64,000 nt of DNA. It comes from Bacilli bacterium. Lineage in GTDB: Bacteria > Bacillota_I > Bacilli_A > RF39 > UBA660. Numbering within the stretch: the stretch's first letter is position 1; each line of letters opens with the position of its first letter. The translations under genes were made by a program, and so were the position numbers. Where the stretch lies: positions 9,026 to 73,025 of the forward strand of contig JAVWTD010000002.1 in the NCBI GenBank assembly GCA_036667875.1. The letters are read 5' to 3'. Positions 36,918 through 46,488 of this stretch are shown here, one piece after another. The notes beneath the pieces are model-generated. The model had not been told where the DNA came from. It saw nothing but the letters and a program-made list of their open reading frames with translations, and did no database searches.

Positions 36918-37549
36918 AAATTGAACTTAAAAATCTAAAAAAAAGTTTTAAAGATAATATTATTTTAGATAATATAAATGTAACTTTTGAATCTGCAAAA
37001 ATTACAGGAATTACTGGAAGAAATGGCAGTGGAAAAAGTGTTCTTTTTAAAATCATTTCACAAATATATGATTCTGATTTAGGATATATATTTTATGATG
37101 GTGTAAAAATAGATGATTCAAATAATCATACGCTCGACATAAGAGTTTTAATAGACAAACCATGTTTTTTGGATGATTTAAGTGGGTATGATAATTTAAA
37201 ATTATTAGCAGAAATTCAAAATAAAATTGGAAATGATGAAATAATGTATTATGTTAACGAATTAAACTTGACCAATGATATAAATAAAAAATATTATAAA
37301 TACTCATTAGGGATGAAACAAAAACTTGGAATAATTCAGGCTTTTATGGAGAATCCAAAAGTAATAATTTTAGATGAACCATTTAACGGCTTAGATAAAC
37401 AGACTGTTTTAATAGTTAAAAAGATGCTTAAAGATGAAAGAAAAAAAGGTAAATTAATTTTATTAGCAAGTCATATTGAATCAGATATAAAAGATTTATG
37501 TGATATTATTTATGAGATAGATAATGGTAAATTGGTTAAAATATTATAA
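36914..37549 (+). CDS. ABC transporter ATP-binding protein (short, 211 aa)
   Basis: Walker A GRNGSGKS, signature SLGMKQKLG, Walker B IILDEPFNGLD, H-loop LASH. Lies last in the operon. Confidence 0.8.
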   Translation: MKIELKNLKKSFKDNIILDNINVTFESAKITGITGRNGSGKSVLFKIISQIYDSDLGYIFYDGVKIDDSNNHTLDIRVLIDKPCFLDDLSGYDNLKLLAEIQNKIGNDEIMYYVNELNLTNDINKKYYKYSLGMKQKLGIIQAFMENPKVIILDEPFNGLDKQTVLIVKKMLKDERKKGKLILLASHIESDIKDLCDIIYEIDNGKLVKIL

Positions 37550-37802
37550 TCGTAATATGATGAAAAGGAAAAAAACATTAAAACTTAATAACATTATTGA
37601 TTACCAATATTATAAATTGAAAATGATGTATTAGTAATTTTGACTTAATGATATAATACATAGTAACATCAAGGATATACCTGGTGGTAATTATGTGTTT
37701 TTTTTGACATATTTAAATGATTTTTAATTTATGGTATTAAAAGATTAAATTACCATCTTTTTAAAATAACAGCTTTATGATATAATGTATAAGGGTGTTT
37801 AC

Positions 37803-38276
37803 ATGAAAAAGAAATTAATACCATTAATTGCATTAATTGGTATAATGTTAGATCAATTAATAAAAATTATAGTAGTAAAAAAACTAGATTTATTTGAGCA
37901 AATTGTAATAGTTAAAAACTTTTTTACTATAACATATGTTAGAAATGAAGGAGCTGCTTGGAGTATGTTCAGTGGACATTCAGAAATGCTTATAATAGTA
38001 GCAATATTAGTTTTAATATTATTTTATTTTTACTTTATAAGAAATCAACAATTAAAGAAAGAAGAAATTATATTATATGGAACTCTAATGGGAGGAATAT
38101 TTGGGAATTTAATTGACCGAATATTGACTGGTTCAGTTATTGATTATTTATCATTTACGATAATCAATAGTGAATTTCCAGTATTTAATCTAGCGGATAT
38201 TCTAATAGTTGTGTCAATAGCACTTCTAGTAATAATTAGTTTTAAAGGTGAAAAAAATGAAAATAGAAATAAATAA
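37803..38276 (+). CDS. lspA: Lipoprotein signal peptidase (signal peptidase II)
   Basis: NEGAAWSMF, FGNLIDR and FNLADI motifs. Start at ATG 37803. Confidence 0.85.
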   Translation: MKKKLIPLIALIGIMLDQLIKIIVVKKLDLFEQIVIVKNFFTITYVRNEGAAWSMFSGHSEMLIIVAILVLILFYFYFIRNQQLKKEEIILYGTLMGGIFGNLIDRILTGSVIDYLSFTIINSEFPVFNLADILIVVSIALLVIISFKGEKNENRNK

Positions 38277-39153
38277 TGAAGATTTAAAAAAAAGATTAGA
38301 TAATTTTCTGGCTGAAAAAACAGATTTCAGTAGAAGTAAATTAACTAAAATAATTAAAGATGGACAAGTATTAGTAAATGGTATGAAATCTAAACCAGGT
38401 TATCCTCTTAAAGAAAAAGATATAGTAGAAATAAATTATGAAGAAGAAGATTATACGGCTTTACCAGAAAAAATGGATTTAGATATTGTCTTTGAAGATG
38501 ATGATGTTATAGTTGTAAACAAGAAAAATGGAGTTGTTGTTCATCCTGCAGCAGGCAATAGAACAGGGACTCTTGTTAATGGATTAATGTATCATTCAAA
38601 AGATTTATCAAGTATAAATGGTGAGTTCCGTCCAGGAATAGTACATAGAATAGATGCAGATACAACAGGATTATTAATGGTTGCTAAGAACGATAAAGCA
38701 CATGCTTATCTAGCAAAACAACTAGAAGATAAAACAAGTCATCGTGTTTATTATGCTCTTGTATGGGGAGTAATTCAAAATGAAACCGGAACAATTGATG
38801 CACCTATAGGAAGAGACCCAAGAGACCGCAAAAAAATGGCAGTCACAAGTGACAATTCAAAAGATGCAATAACTCATTTTAGAGTAATTGAAAGATATAA
38901 AGATGCAACACTAATTGAACTTAAACTAGAAACAGGAAGAACACATCAAATAAGAGTACACATGAAATATATTGGACATCCTATTATAAATGATGCCGTA
39001 TATGGTAGTAGTAAAACATTATTTGATAAAACAGGTCAATGCTTACACGCTAAAGAATTAGGTTTTGTTCATCCAACAACTCATGAATTTATGAAATTTG
39101 ATTCAAAATTACCAGTTTGTTTTACCAATATAATGGAACAACTAGAAAAATAA
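38248..39153 (+). CDS. rluD: 23S rRNA pseudouridine synthase, RluD subfamily (RluA family)
   Basis: S4 domain N-terminus. Catalytic HRIDADTTGLLMVAKND. Conserved lspA-rluD pair. Confidence 0.9.
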   Translation: MKKMKIEINNEDLKKRLDNFLAEKTDFSRSKLTKIIKDGQVLVNGMKSKPGYPLKEKDIVEINYEEEDYTALPEKMDLDIVFEDDDVIVVNKKNGVVVHPAAGNRTGTLVNGLMYHSKDLSSINGEFRPGIVHRIDADTTGLLMVAKNDKAHAYLAKQLEDKTSHRVYYALVWGVIQNETGTIDAPIGRDPRDRKKMAVTSDNSKDAITHFRVIERYKDATLIELKLETGRTHQIRVHMKYIGHPIINDAVYGSSKTLFDKTGQCLHAKELGFVHPTTHEFMKFDSKLPVCFTNIMEQLEK

Positions 39154-39166
39154 AGGAGAGGGAATT

Positions 39167-40306
39167 ATGAACGATATAACAATGTCTACAAGTGATGAAA
39201 TAGTTATGAAACTACTACATTTCTTTGTAACTGAACAAAATTATAGCCCAATAGTATTAAAAGGGGCACAAAATGAAATTTGGTTAGAAAAATTAGATGG
39301 TGATTATAAAGTAGTAAGATTAGTTTCTAACTATATTCATAATAACGAACAACTTAATTTAGACCTATACAGAACAAAACAAATAATGAAAAGAATCAAA
39401 AAGAAAACAATGTCTTTCTCTTTAAATACTTTAAGCGTTTTTGTAAATCTTGGAGATAATGTAAATCTATTACAAATACCAGTTGATGATATTGATTGTG
39501 TAAACATTAAATCAATAGATGACTTTAAAAATTATGATTACATTATGGATGAATTTCCAACTATTACAAAAAAAACTAACTTTAAAGAAGAAGGACTAGA
39601 CTTATTTATAAAATTAACTACAGATATAGGAAAGAAAAATGAAATAGAACAAAAAAAAGCAGAAGATGTATTTACAAAAAGAGATCCTATGGTAACTAAA
39701 ATAATATTAGTTATAAATATAGTAGTATATCTATTATCTTTAATTATAGGACCAAATGCTGTTCTTGAGTTTGGCTCAAATTTCAAACCTTATGTTGTAA
39801 ATGGAGAGTTTTATCGCTTAATAACAGCAGCATTTATACATGTTAATCTTCTTCATTTTCTATTTAATAATTATGCACTATATATTATTGGACCACAAGT
39901 AGAAAATTTCTTTGGGAAAACTAGATATATTATTATTTATTTAGGAAGTGCCATTCTTGGAAATATGCTATCTTTATGCTTTAATGCAGATACACCATCA
40001 ATTGGTGCTAGTGGAGCAATATTTGGTATTCTAGGTGCTCTTCTATATTTTGGATATCATTATAGAGTTTACCTAGATGGAGTCATAAAATCACAAATAG
40101 TACCTCTAATAGTATTAAATTTATTAATAGGATTTACATCTCCTACAATAGATAATGCTGCCCACATTGGTGGATTAATCGGAGGATTCTTAGTTAGTAT
40201 GGCAGTTGGAGTTAAATACAAATCAAAAAAACCAGAAATAGTGAACGGTATAGTATTAACATTACTCTTTACAGCATTTCTAGGGTTTATGATTTTCTTT
40301 AGATAA
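39167..40306 (+). CDS. Rhomboid-family intramembrane serine protease with N-terminal cytoplasmic domain (YqgP/GlpG-like)
   Basis: GASGAIFG active-site serine motif, AHIGG His motif, six TM core. Confidence 0.8.
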   Translation: MNDITMSTSDEIVMKLLHFFVTEQNYSPIVLKGAQNEIWLEKLDGDYKVVRLVSNYIHNNEQLNLDLYRTKQIMKRIKKKTMSFSLNTLSVFVNLGDNVNLLQIPVDDIDCVNIKSIDDFKNYDYIMDEFPTITKKTNFKEEGLDLFIKLTTDIGKKNEIEQKKAEDVFTKRDPMVTKIILVINIVVYLLSLIIGPNAVLEFGSNFKPYVVNGEFYRLITAAFIHVNLLHFLFNNYALYIIGPQVENFFGKTRYIIIYLGSAILGNMLSLCFNADTPSIGASGAIFGILGALLYFGYHYRVYLDGVIKSQIVPLIVLNLLIGFTSPTIDNAAHIGGLIGGFLVSMAVGVKYKSKKPEIVNGIVLTLLFTAFLGFMIFFR

Positions 40307-40331
40307 GAAACTTTTAAAGTTTCTTTTTTTG
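40304..40331 (+). terminator. Intrinsic terminator after rhomboid gene (repeat copy A)
   Basis: aAGAAAC-ttttaaa-GTTTCTt + T7. Confidence 0.65.
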
Positions 40332-40355
40332 TTGTATACTCTATATGGTGATAGT

Positions 40356-41198
40356 ATGAAAGATTATCTTCTATATTTAAAAAAAGTTAGAAACTATTCT
40401 GATAATTCAATTAAAAATTATGAAATTGATTTAAAAAAATTCTTTATGTTTTTAGAAAAGCATAATAAAACAATAAAAGAAGTTGATTATCAATTATTAT
40501 CTTTATATTTAGAAAATCTATATAATAAGAACTATAAAAGAGACACAATTGCAAGAAACATTAGTTCCATTAAAGGATTATTCTCTTATTTATATGATAA
40601 ATCTATAATTTCTTCTAATCCCACTTTATTATTGAGTAGTCCAAAAGAAGAATTGAAATTGCCAAGATACCTTACTATCAATGAAATAGAAGAACTATTA
40701 AACAGTCCAAGTTTAAGTTTGAGAGATCAACTAATTCTTGAATTATTTTATTCAACAGGAATCAGATTAAATGAACTTGCTAATATTAAAACTAAAGATA
40801 TTAATTTTAAAGAAAAAAAAATAAAAATTCTTGGAAAAGGAAATAAAGAAAGATATGTTCTATATGGGGATGTTTGCAAACGCAAACTAGAACTTTATAT
40901 TAAAGATAGTGAATACCTTTTTTTAAGCAATAAAGGAACTAAATTAAGTAATTCAGGTATAGAATATATAGTTAAGAGTATCTTTAAAAGAAGCAATCTA
41001 AAGACCACTCTAACACCACACGTACTGAGACACACTTTTGCAACTCACATGCTAGATAATGGTTCTGATTTAGTAACAGTTCAAAAACTTCTTGGGCATA
41101 CTGATTTAAAAACCACATCAATATATACACATGTCTCAAATGAACACTTAAGGCATGTATATTTAAATACTCATCCAAGAGCAAAAAAGAAACTTTAA
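40356..41198 (+). CDS. xerD: Site-specific tyrosine recombinase XerD/XerC type
   Basis: R..HVLRHTFATHMLDNGSDLVTVQKLLGH...TTSIYTHV (RHRH-Y catalytic residues). About 280 aa. GGTGA RBS; the upstream TTG extension in the track is rejected. Confidence 0.8.
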   Translation: MKDYLLYLKKVRNYSDNSIKNYEIDLKKFFMFLEKHNKTIKEVDYQLLSLYLENLYNKNYKRDTIARNISSIKGLFSYLYDKSIISSNPTLLLSSPKEELKLPRYLTINEIEELLNSPSLSLRDQLILELFYSTGIRLNELANIKTKDINFKEKKIKILGKGNKERYVLYGDVCKRKLELYIKDSEYLFLSNKGTKLSNSGIEYIVKSIFKRSNLKTTLTPHVLRHTFATHMLDNGSDLVTVQKLLGHTDLKTTSIYTHVSNEHLRHVYLNTHPRAKKKL

Positions 41199-41213
41199 AG
41201 GTTTCTTCTTTTA
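41184..41213. terminator. Bidirectional terminator between xerD and collagen-like gene (repeat copy B)
   Basis: A6-AGAAAC-tttaaag-GTTTCT-tctttt; 24 nt near-identical to copy A. Confidence 0.65.
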
Positions 41214-41834
41214 TTAATTTATTTTAGCACTTTCTACTTTGCATAGTGAAACAAATGTTGGATTTTCATTATTTGCAAGAACTATAACAACCATACCATA
41301 CACATTCTTTAATACCTTACCCGTTGCAATAGGTTTTGAACCTGCTTTTAGTACTACTTTTTCAGTACCAACTGGTAAGTAATTTTTAAATGCTTCATAA
41401 CAATTAGTATCACATCCAATTAAAGATTGAGTAGGATTTGGTAAATATGTAATTGTTTCATTATATTGTGCTCCATTTACCTCAATTGAAGCTATTTTAC
41501 AAAGAGAAATCACTTCATCTAGTGCACCACTTCCATTTACTAATTGAAGTAAATTAGGATTAGATGCTGGAATTAACGAACCTAATTTACCATTTAAAAT
41601 TGTTCCATACTCTGTAGTTACTTTACACATCTTATTAGGATACAATATAATTAATTGCTCAATTACTTTTTTTAACTGGCTAACACAGTAACAAGTTGTC
41701 GTATTAGACATATTTCCAGGAATACCAGGTTCTCCCTTAGGCCCTGGACAACAGATAAACTTAGGTAAACATTTGTTAGATTCTTCGATTTTTTTCTTTA
41801 TTCTTTCATAATCTTCATCTTTTTTACAATTCAT
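41214..41834 (-). CDS. Cys-rich protein with short collagen-like GXX run (possible spore-surface/exosporium-type protein)
   Basis: CLPKFICCPGPKGEPGIPGN, then a globular C-terminal domain. Convergent with xerD. Confidence 0.4.
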   Translation of the reverse strand: MNCKKDEDYERIKKKIEESNKCLPKFICCPGPKGEPGIPGNMSNTTTCYCVSQLKKVIEQLIILYPNKMCKVTTEYGTILNGKLGSLIPASNPNLLQLVNGSGALDEVISLCKIASIEVNGAQYNETITYLPNPTQSLIGCDTNCYEAFKNYLPVGTEKVVLKAGSKPIATGKVLKNVYGMVVIVLANNENPTFVSLCKVESAKIN

Positions 41835-41972
41835 TTTAAAACCTCCTGTGGTATGTTATGCTAAAACTATAAAAGATTCTACATAATAAAAAATCAATGT
41901 AAAGAATTCTGTAAAGTAATTCATTTTTTTAATAACTTATGGTATACTTAAAAAGTATAGGAGAGTGAATAT

Positions 41973-44630
41973 ATGACAACACAAAAAAAGAACAATACAA
42001 CTTTAAAATATGTATATTCCTTTAAAGAAGGAAATAAGGATATGAGAAATCTCCTTGGAGGAAAGGGAGCAAACCTAGCTGAAATGACAAATATAGGTTT
42101 ACCTGTTCCAAGAGGATTCACTGTTACAACAGAAGCATGTAATAAATATTATGAAGATAAATTAGTAATATCTAAAGATGTACAAAAACAAATCCTAGAA
42201 AAACTTAAAGAATTAGAAACATTAACTGGGAAAAATTTTGGAGATTTAAAAAATCCATTATTAGTATCAGTAAGAAGTGGATCACGCGCTAGTATGCCAG
42301 GAATGATGGATACAGTGCTAAATCTAGGGTTAAATGATGAAGTCGCAAAAAACTTCGCTATAGAAACAGGAAATCCAAGATTTACTTATGATTCATATAG
42401 AAGATTTATAATGATGTTTGCAGACGTTGTTAAAGGTTATGACAAATCAGACTTTGATAAAATCCTAGATAAATATAAAGTCAAAAAAGGGGTTAAACTA
42501 GATACAGAATTAGATTCTGATGATATGTTTAAAATAACAGAAGAATTTAAAAAAGTATACAAAAAACTTTCAAAAGAAGAGTTTCCTCAAGACCCTTTAG
42601 TTCAAGTAATGGAAGCAACAACAGCTGTATTCCGTTCTTGGATGAATGAAAGAGCTATTATTTATCGTAAAATGAATGATATCCCAGCATCATGGGGAAC
42701 TGCCGTAAACATTCAAGAAATGGTTTATGGTAATTTAGGAGATACATCAGGAACTGGTGTTGCATTTACTAGAAATCCAAGTACAGGTGAAAATAAACTT
42801 TATGGAGAATATTTAATTAATGCACAAGGTGAAGACGTTGTTGCAGGAATACGTACTCCAGAGCATATTGAAACTTTAAAAAATGTTTTACCTGATTGCT
42901 ACAATGAATTTGTTCATGTTTCTAAATTGTTAGAAACTCATTACAAAGACATGCAAGATATGGAATTTACTATTGAAAATGGTAAATTGTTTATGCTTCA
43001 AACAAGAAATGGAAAAAGAACAGCCAAAGCCGCTATTAAAATAGCACTTGACTTACTCGATGAAAAACTTATTTCAGAAGAAGAAGCAATAATGAAAGTT
43101 GAACCAAAACAATTAGATCAACTATTACATCCAATGTTTGATCCAAAAGAAATTGCTAAATTAAAACCAATTGCAAATGGTTTAGCAGCATCTCCAGGAG
43201 CAGCTACAGGACATATTTACTTTACAGCAGAAGATGTTTCAAAAGCTAAAGAAAATAAAATAAAATCAATTCTTGTAAGACTTGAAACATCACCAGAAGA
43301 TATTCAAGGAATGAATGACTGTGAAGGTATTTTAACTATTCGTGGTGGTATGACAAGTCATGCAGCTGTCGTTGCAAGAGGTATGGGACGATGCTGTGTA
43401 TGTGGTTGTGGAGAGTTAACAGTTGACACTAAAAAGAAAACAATGACAACTTCTACTGGTGTAGTATTTAAAGAAGGAGACTTCATTTCAATTGACGGAA
43501 CATTAGGAAATGTTTATGCAGGTGAAATTAAAACAGTTGATCCAGAATTAAGTGGTGAAAACGAAAGATTTATGAAACTTGCTGATAAAATAAGAGTACT
43601 TGATGTTAGAGCTAATGCTGATTCTCCAGCAGATGCAAAAGTTGCATTTAACTTTGGAGCACAAGGAATTGGATTATGCCGTACAGAACACATGTTCTTT
43701 GAAGAATCAAGAATCTTTGCAGTACGTCAAATGATTACTAGTGAAACTACCGAACAAAGAGAAAAAGCCCTTAAAAAAATATTGCCAATGCAAAGAAAAG
43801 ACTTTGAAGGATTATTTAGAGAAATGAATGGATTACCAGTAATTATTCGTTATTTAGACCCACCATTACATGAATTCTTGCCTCATACTGATAATGAGAT
43901 TAAAGATTTAGCAATTGCTTTAGAAATGGATTTCAAAGCACTTAAAAATAGAATAGAATCTTTAAAAGAATTTAATCCAATGATGGGACACCGTGGATGT
44001 CGTCTTGCGGTAACTTATCCTGAAATTGCAGTTATGCAAACAAGAGCTGTTATTGAAGCTGCAATTAAAGTTAAAAAAGAAGGAATTAATGTTATTCCAG
44101 AAATAATGATACCACTTACAACCGGTCTTGAAGAATTTAATTTCTGTAAAAAATTAGTAGATGAAACAGCATCTTCAATTATTGAAAAAGCAGGAATTGA
44201 ATTAAAGTATATGGTTGGTACAATGGTAGAAACTCCTAGAGCAGCATTAAAAGCAGGAGAAATTGCTAAAGAAGCAGAATTCTTTAGTTTTGGAACAAAT
44301 GATTTAACTCAACTTACTTTCGGTTTTTCTAGAGATGATGCTGGTAAATTCTTAAATGAATATTATGAAAAAGGAATATTTGCAGAAGATCCATTTGCAA
44401 GAATTGACCAAACTGGAGTTGGAGAACTTATAAAAATGGCATGTATCAACGGAAGAAAAACAAATAAAAATCTTGAGTTAGGTATATGTGGAGAGCATGG
44501 AGGAGAACCAAGCAGTGTAGAATTCTGTCATAAAATTGGTTTATCTTATGTTTCATGTTCACCTTATAGAGTGCCTATTGCAAGATTAGCAGCAGCACAA
44601 GCAGCCGCTAAAGAAAAATTAGGTTTATAA
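41973..44630 (+). CDS. ppdK: Pyruvate, phosphate dikinase
   Basis: 885 aa. GGMTSHAAVVARGMG phospho-His domain. PEP-utilising TIM-barrel C-terminus (CGE.GG.P). Confidence 0.95.
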   Translation: MTTQKKNNTTLKYVYSFKEGNKDMRNLLGGKGANLAEMTNIGLPVPRGFTVTTEACNKYYEDKLVISKDVQKQILEKLKELETLTGKNFGDLKNPLLVSVRSGSRASMPGMMDTVLNLGLNDEVAKNFAIETGNPRFTYDSYRRFIMMFADVVKGYDKSDFDKILDKYKVKKGVKLDTELDSDDMFKITEEFKKVYKKLSKEEFPQDPLVQVMEATTAVFRSWMNERAIIYRKMNDIPASWGTAVNIQEMVYGNLGDTSGTGVAFTRNPSTGENKLYGEYLINAQGEDVVAGIRTPEHIETLKNVLPDCYNEFVHVSKLLETHYKDMQDMEFTIENGKLFMLQTRNGKRTAKAAIKIALDLLDEKLISEEEAIMKVEPKQLDQLLHPMFDPKEIAKLKPIANGLAASPGAATGHIYFTAEDVSKAKENKIKSILVRLETSPEDIQGMNDCEGILTIRGGMTSHAAVVARGMGRCCVCGCGELTVDTKKKTMTTSTGVVFKEGDFISIDGTLGNVYAGEIKTVDPELSGENERFMKLADKIRVLDVRANADSPADAKVAFNFGAQGIGLCRTEHMFFEESRIFAVRQMITSETTEQREKALKKILPMQRKDFEGLFREMNGLPVIIRYLDPPLHEFLPHTDNEIKDLAIALEMDFKALKNRIESLKEFNPMMGHRGCRLAVTYPEIAVMQTRAVIEAAIKVKKEGINVIPEIMIPLTTGLEEFNFCKKLVDETASSIIEKAGIELKYMVGTMVETPRAALKAGEIAKEAEFFSFGTNDLTQLTFGFSRDDAGKFLNEYYEKGIFAEDPFARIDQTGVGELIKMACINGRKTNKNLELGICGEHGGEPSSVEFCHKIGLSYVSCSPYRVPIARLAAAQAAAKEKLGL

Positions 44631-44647
44631 TATTAAAAAAAGATAAT

Positions 44648-45232
44648 TTAAATATTATCTTTTTCTATATAAACATTTTCAATAAAAGTTGGGTTCCAAT
44701 CTTCATTAATTATATCTATATTATTATCTGGTATTAATAGTGTGTATTTAATTGTTTCATTAAATATTTTCTCTAAGATTTTAACTTTTTCTAAAACTTT
44801 ATCAACTACTTTTACATTATCATATTTAAATGTAATACTAATTTTTTTACCCTTAACGAGTTCTAGTTTTTGACTTATTATTAGACTGTTTGTTGTACTT
44901 TTTCGGTAAGCCCTAACAAGACCACCAGCCCCAAGTTTAATACCTCCAAAATACCTAATAACTACACATAAAACAAAATTTAAATCACTACTCTCTAAAA
45001 CATTTAAAATAGGTAATCCAGCAGTTCCACTTGGTTCACCATCATCATTAAATCTTTTTATTCCATTAATAATATAAGCATAACAGTAGTGATTAGCGTC
45101 CTTATATTCTTCTTTTAATGAATTTAAATTATCTAAACATTCACTCACACTATAAACCTTTATTAAATGAGTAATAAAACGTGATTTATTAATTATTAAT
45201 GTGTTTTTAATATTTTCTTTTATAGTATACAT
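44648..45232 (-). CDS. IMPACT/YigZ family protein (UPF0029)
   Basis: FNDDGEPSGTAGLPIL and RYFGGIKLGAGGLVRAY motifs. Confidence 0.8.
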   Translation of the reverse strand: MYTIKENIKNTLIINKSRFITHLIKVYSVSECLDNLNSLKEEYKDANHYCYAYIINGIKRFNDDGEPSGTAGLPILNVLESSDLNFVLCVVIRYFGGIKLGAGGLVRAYRKSTTNSLIISQKLELVKGKKISITFKYDNVKVVDKVLEKVKILEKIFNETIKYTLLIPDNNIDIINEDWNPTFIENVYIEKDNI

Positions 45233-45304
45233 TTTCTCATCACCTATAATAAATTATAACACGAAACTGTTAAAACTGTGGTATAATTAAGCAAGGTGAT
45301 AGAA

Positions 45305-45814
45305 ATGACATGTAATTTAAAATATGACTTATTAGTACAATTTATCTGTCTGATTGGCTTTTACTATTTAGCGACTAGTTTATTCAAAAAGAAAAAGGAT
45401 GATATAATTGCAAATCAAATCGTCGCAAGTTTCTTTTTTCTAATACATTATGCCTTTCTAGATGCAATGTCTGGAGCTGTTACAAGCTTAATTATAATGG
45501 TACGTAATGTATTATTCCACAAATTTAAAAATCAAAAACTATTATCAAAAATATTTTATATAGTTTTTATTGTTTCAGGAATAATATTCTTTGATGAGTG
45601 GTATTCCGTATTGCCTATAATAGGTTCAATTATTTATACCCATCTTATGACTAAGAATAAAAGTAAAGTACTTGTAGGAAACGTCATCAATGCATCATCA
45701 TGGTGCCTTTATAATATCTTAGCAGGAAGTTATGCAGGAGTTTTAACAGAGGGAACAGTTCTAATTATGGCTTTAATATCAATAGGAAGAAGGAAGAAAA
45801 GTAAAACAATATAG
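45305..45814 (+). CDS. YgjV-like inner membrane protein
   Basis: About 5 TM helices. AAGGTGA RBS. TGgTATAAT extended -10 upstream. Confidence 0.4.
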   Translation: MTCNLKYDLLVQFICLIGFYYLATSLFKKKKDDIIANQIVASFFFLIHYAFLDAMSGAVTSLIIMVRNVLFHKFKNQKLLSKIFYIVFIVSGIIFFDEWYSVLPIIGSIIYTHLMTKNKSKVLVGNVINASSWCLYNILAGSYAGVLTEGTVLIMALISIGRRKKSKTI

Positions 45815-45832
45815 TTTTATTTTTTATTTAAA

Positions 45833-46486
45833 ATGAAAGAAAAATATTACACTTATAAACTAAATCCAGTTTCTCTTAACATATTATGCATAATAATATT
45901 TATACCTTTATTTATAATTAATTATAAACCAATCAACTTTACTTTCATAAGTTTAATACTGGTAGTATTTTGGTTTATACTTCATGAATTTATTCATGGC
46001 TTAGGATTCATGATTTATGCAAACCCCAAGAATATTAATTACGGTGTTGAACTAGAAAAAGGAATATTTTACTGCATGTGTAAAGAACGAATATCAAAAA
46101 AAGGAATAATGGTTGCTCTCTTGCTTCCCTTATTCATTATTGGGTTATTTACATATTTTATTGGTATCATTTTTAATTTATATTTTTTAACTTTTTTGTC
46201 AATAATTAATATAGCAGGGTCAGTTGGAGACATAGTAATGAGTTTATTTATTTTAAAACTTCCAAATGATATTAGTTATGTAGACTTAGGAGATACAACA
46301 TCATTTACAATAATTTCTAAAAGAGACTTAAAACAATTTAAAATGATTGCTTTAAAATTAGAAAAAACAGGGGACTACAAAAAAACAACACCAAAAACAA
46401 ATAAAATTATAACAATTTCTAAAATATCTAAAGTAATATTTGCAATATTTCTAATTTTAAGTATAATATTTTTAGTGAGGTGTTAA
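45833..46486 (+). CDS. Membrane protein with HExxH motif (DUF3267 / putative zincin-like)
   Basis: HEFIHGLGF within a TM-flanked region. Polytopic. Confidence 0.4.
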   Translation: MKEKYYTYKLNPVSLNILCIIIFIPLFIINYKPINFTFISLILVVFWFILHEFIHGLGFMIYANPKNINYGVELEKGIFYCMCKERISKKGIMVALLLPLFIIGLFTYFIGIIFNLYFLTFLSIINIAGSVGDIVMSLFILKLPNDISYVDLGDTTSFTIISKRDLKQFKMIALKLEKTGDYKKTTPKTNKIITISKISKVIFAIFLILSIIFLVRC

Positions 46487-46488
46487 AA

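Noticed and set aside
40304-41213. Invertible (phase-variable) DNA segment controlled by the adjacent tyrosine recombinase
   Set aside because: The two similar repeats are in direct, not inverted, orientation and each functions plausibly as a terminator. The recombinase sits in a conserved chromosomal context (lspA-rluD-rhomboid-xerD) and looks like the chromosome-dimer resolvase.
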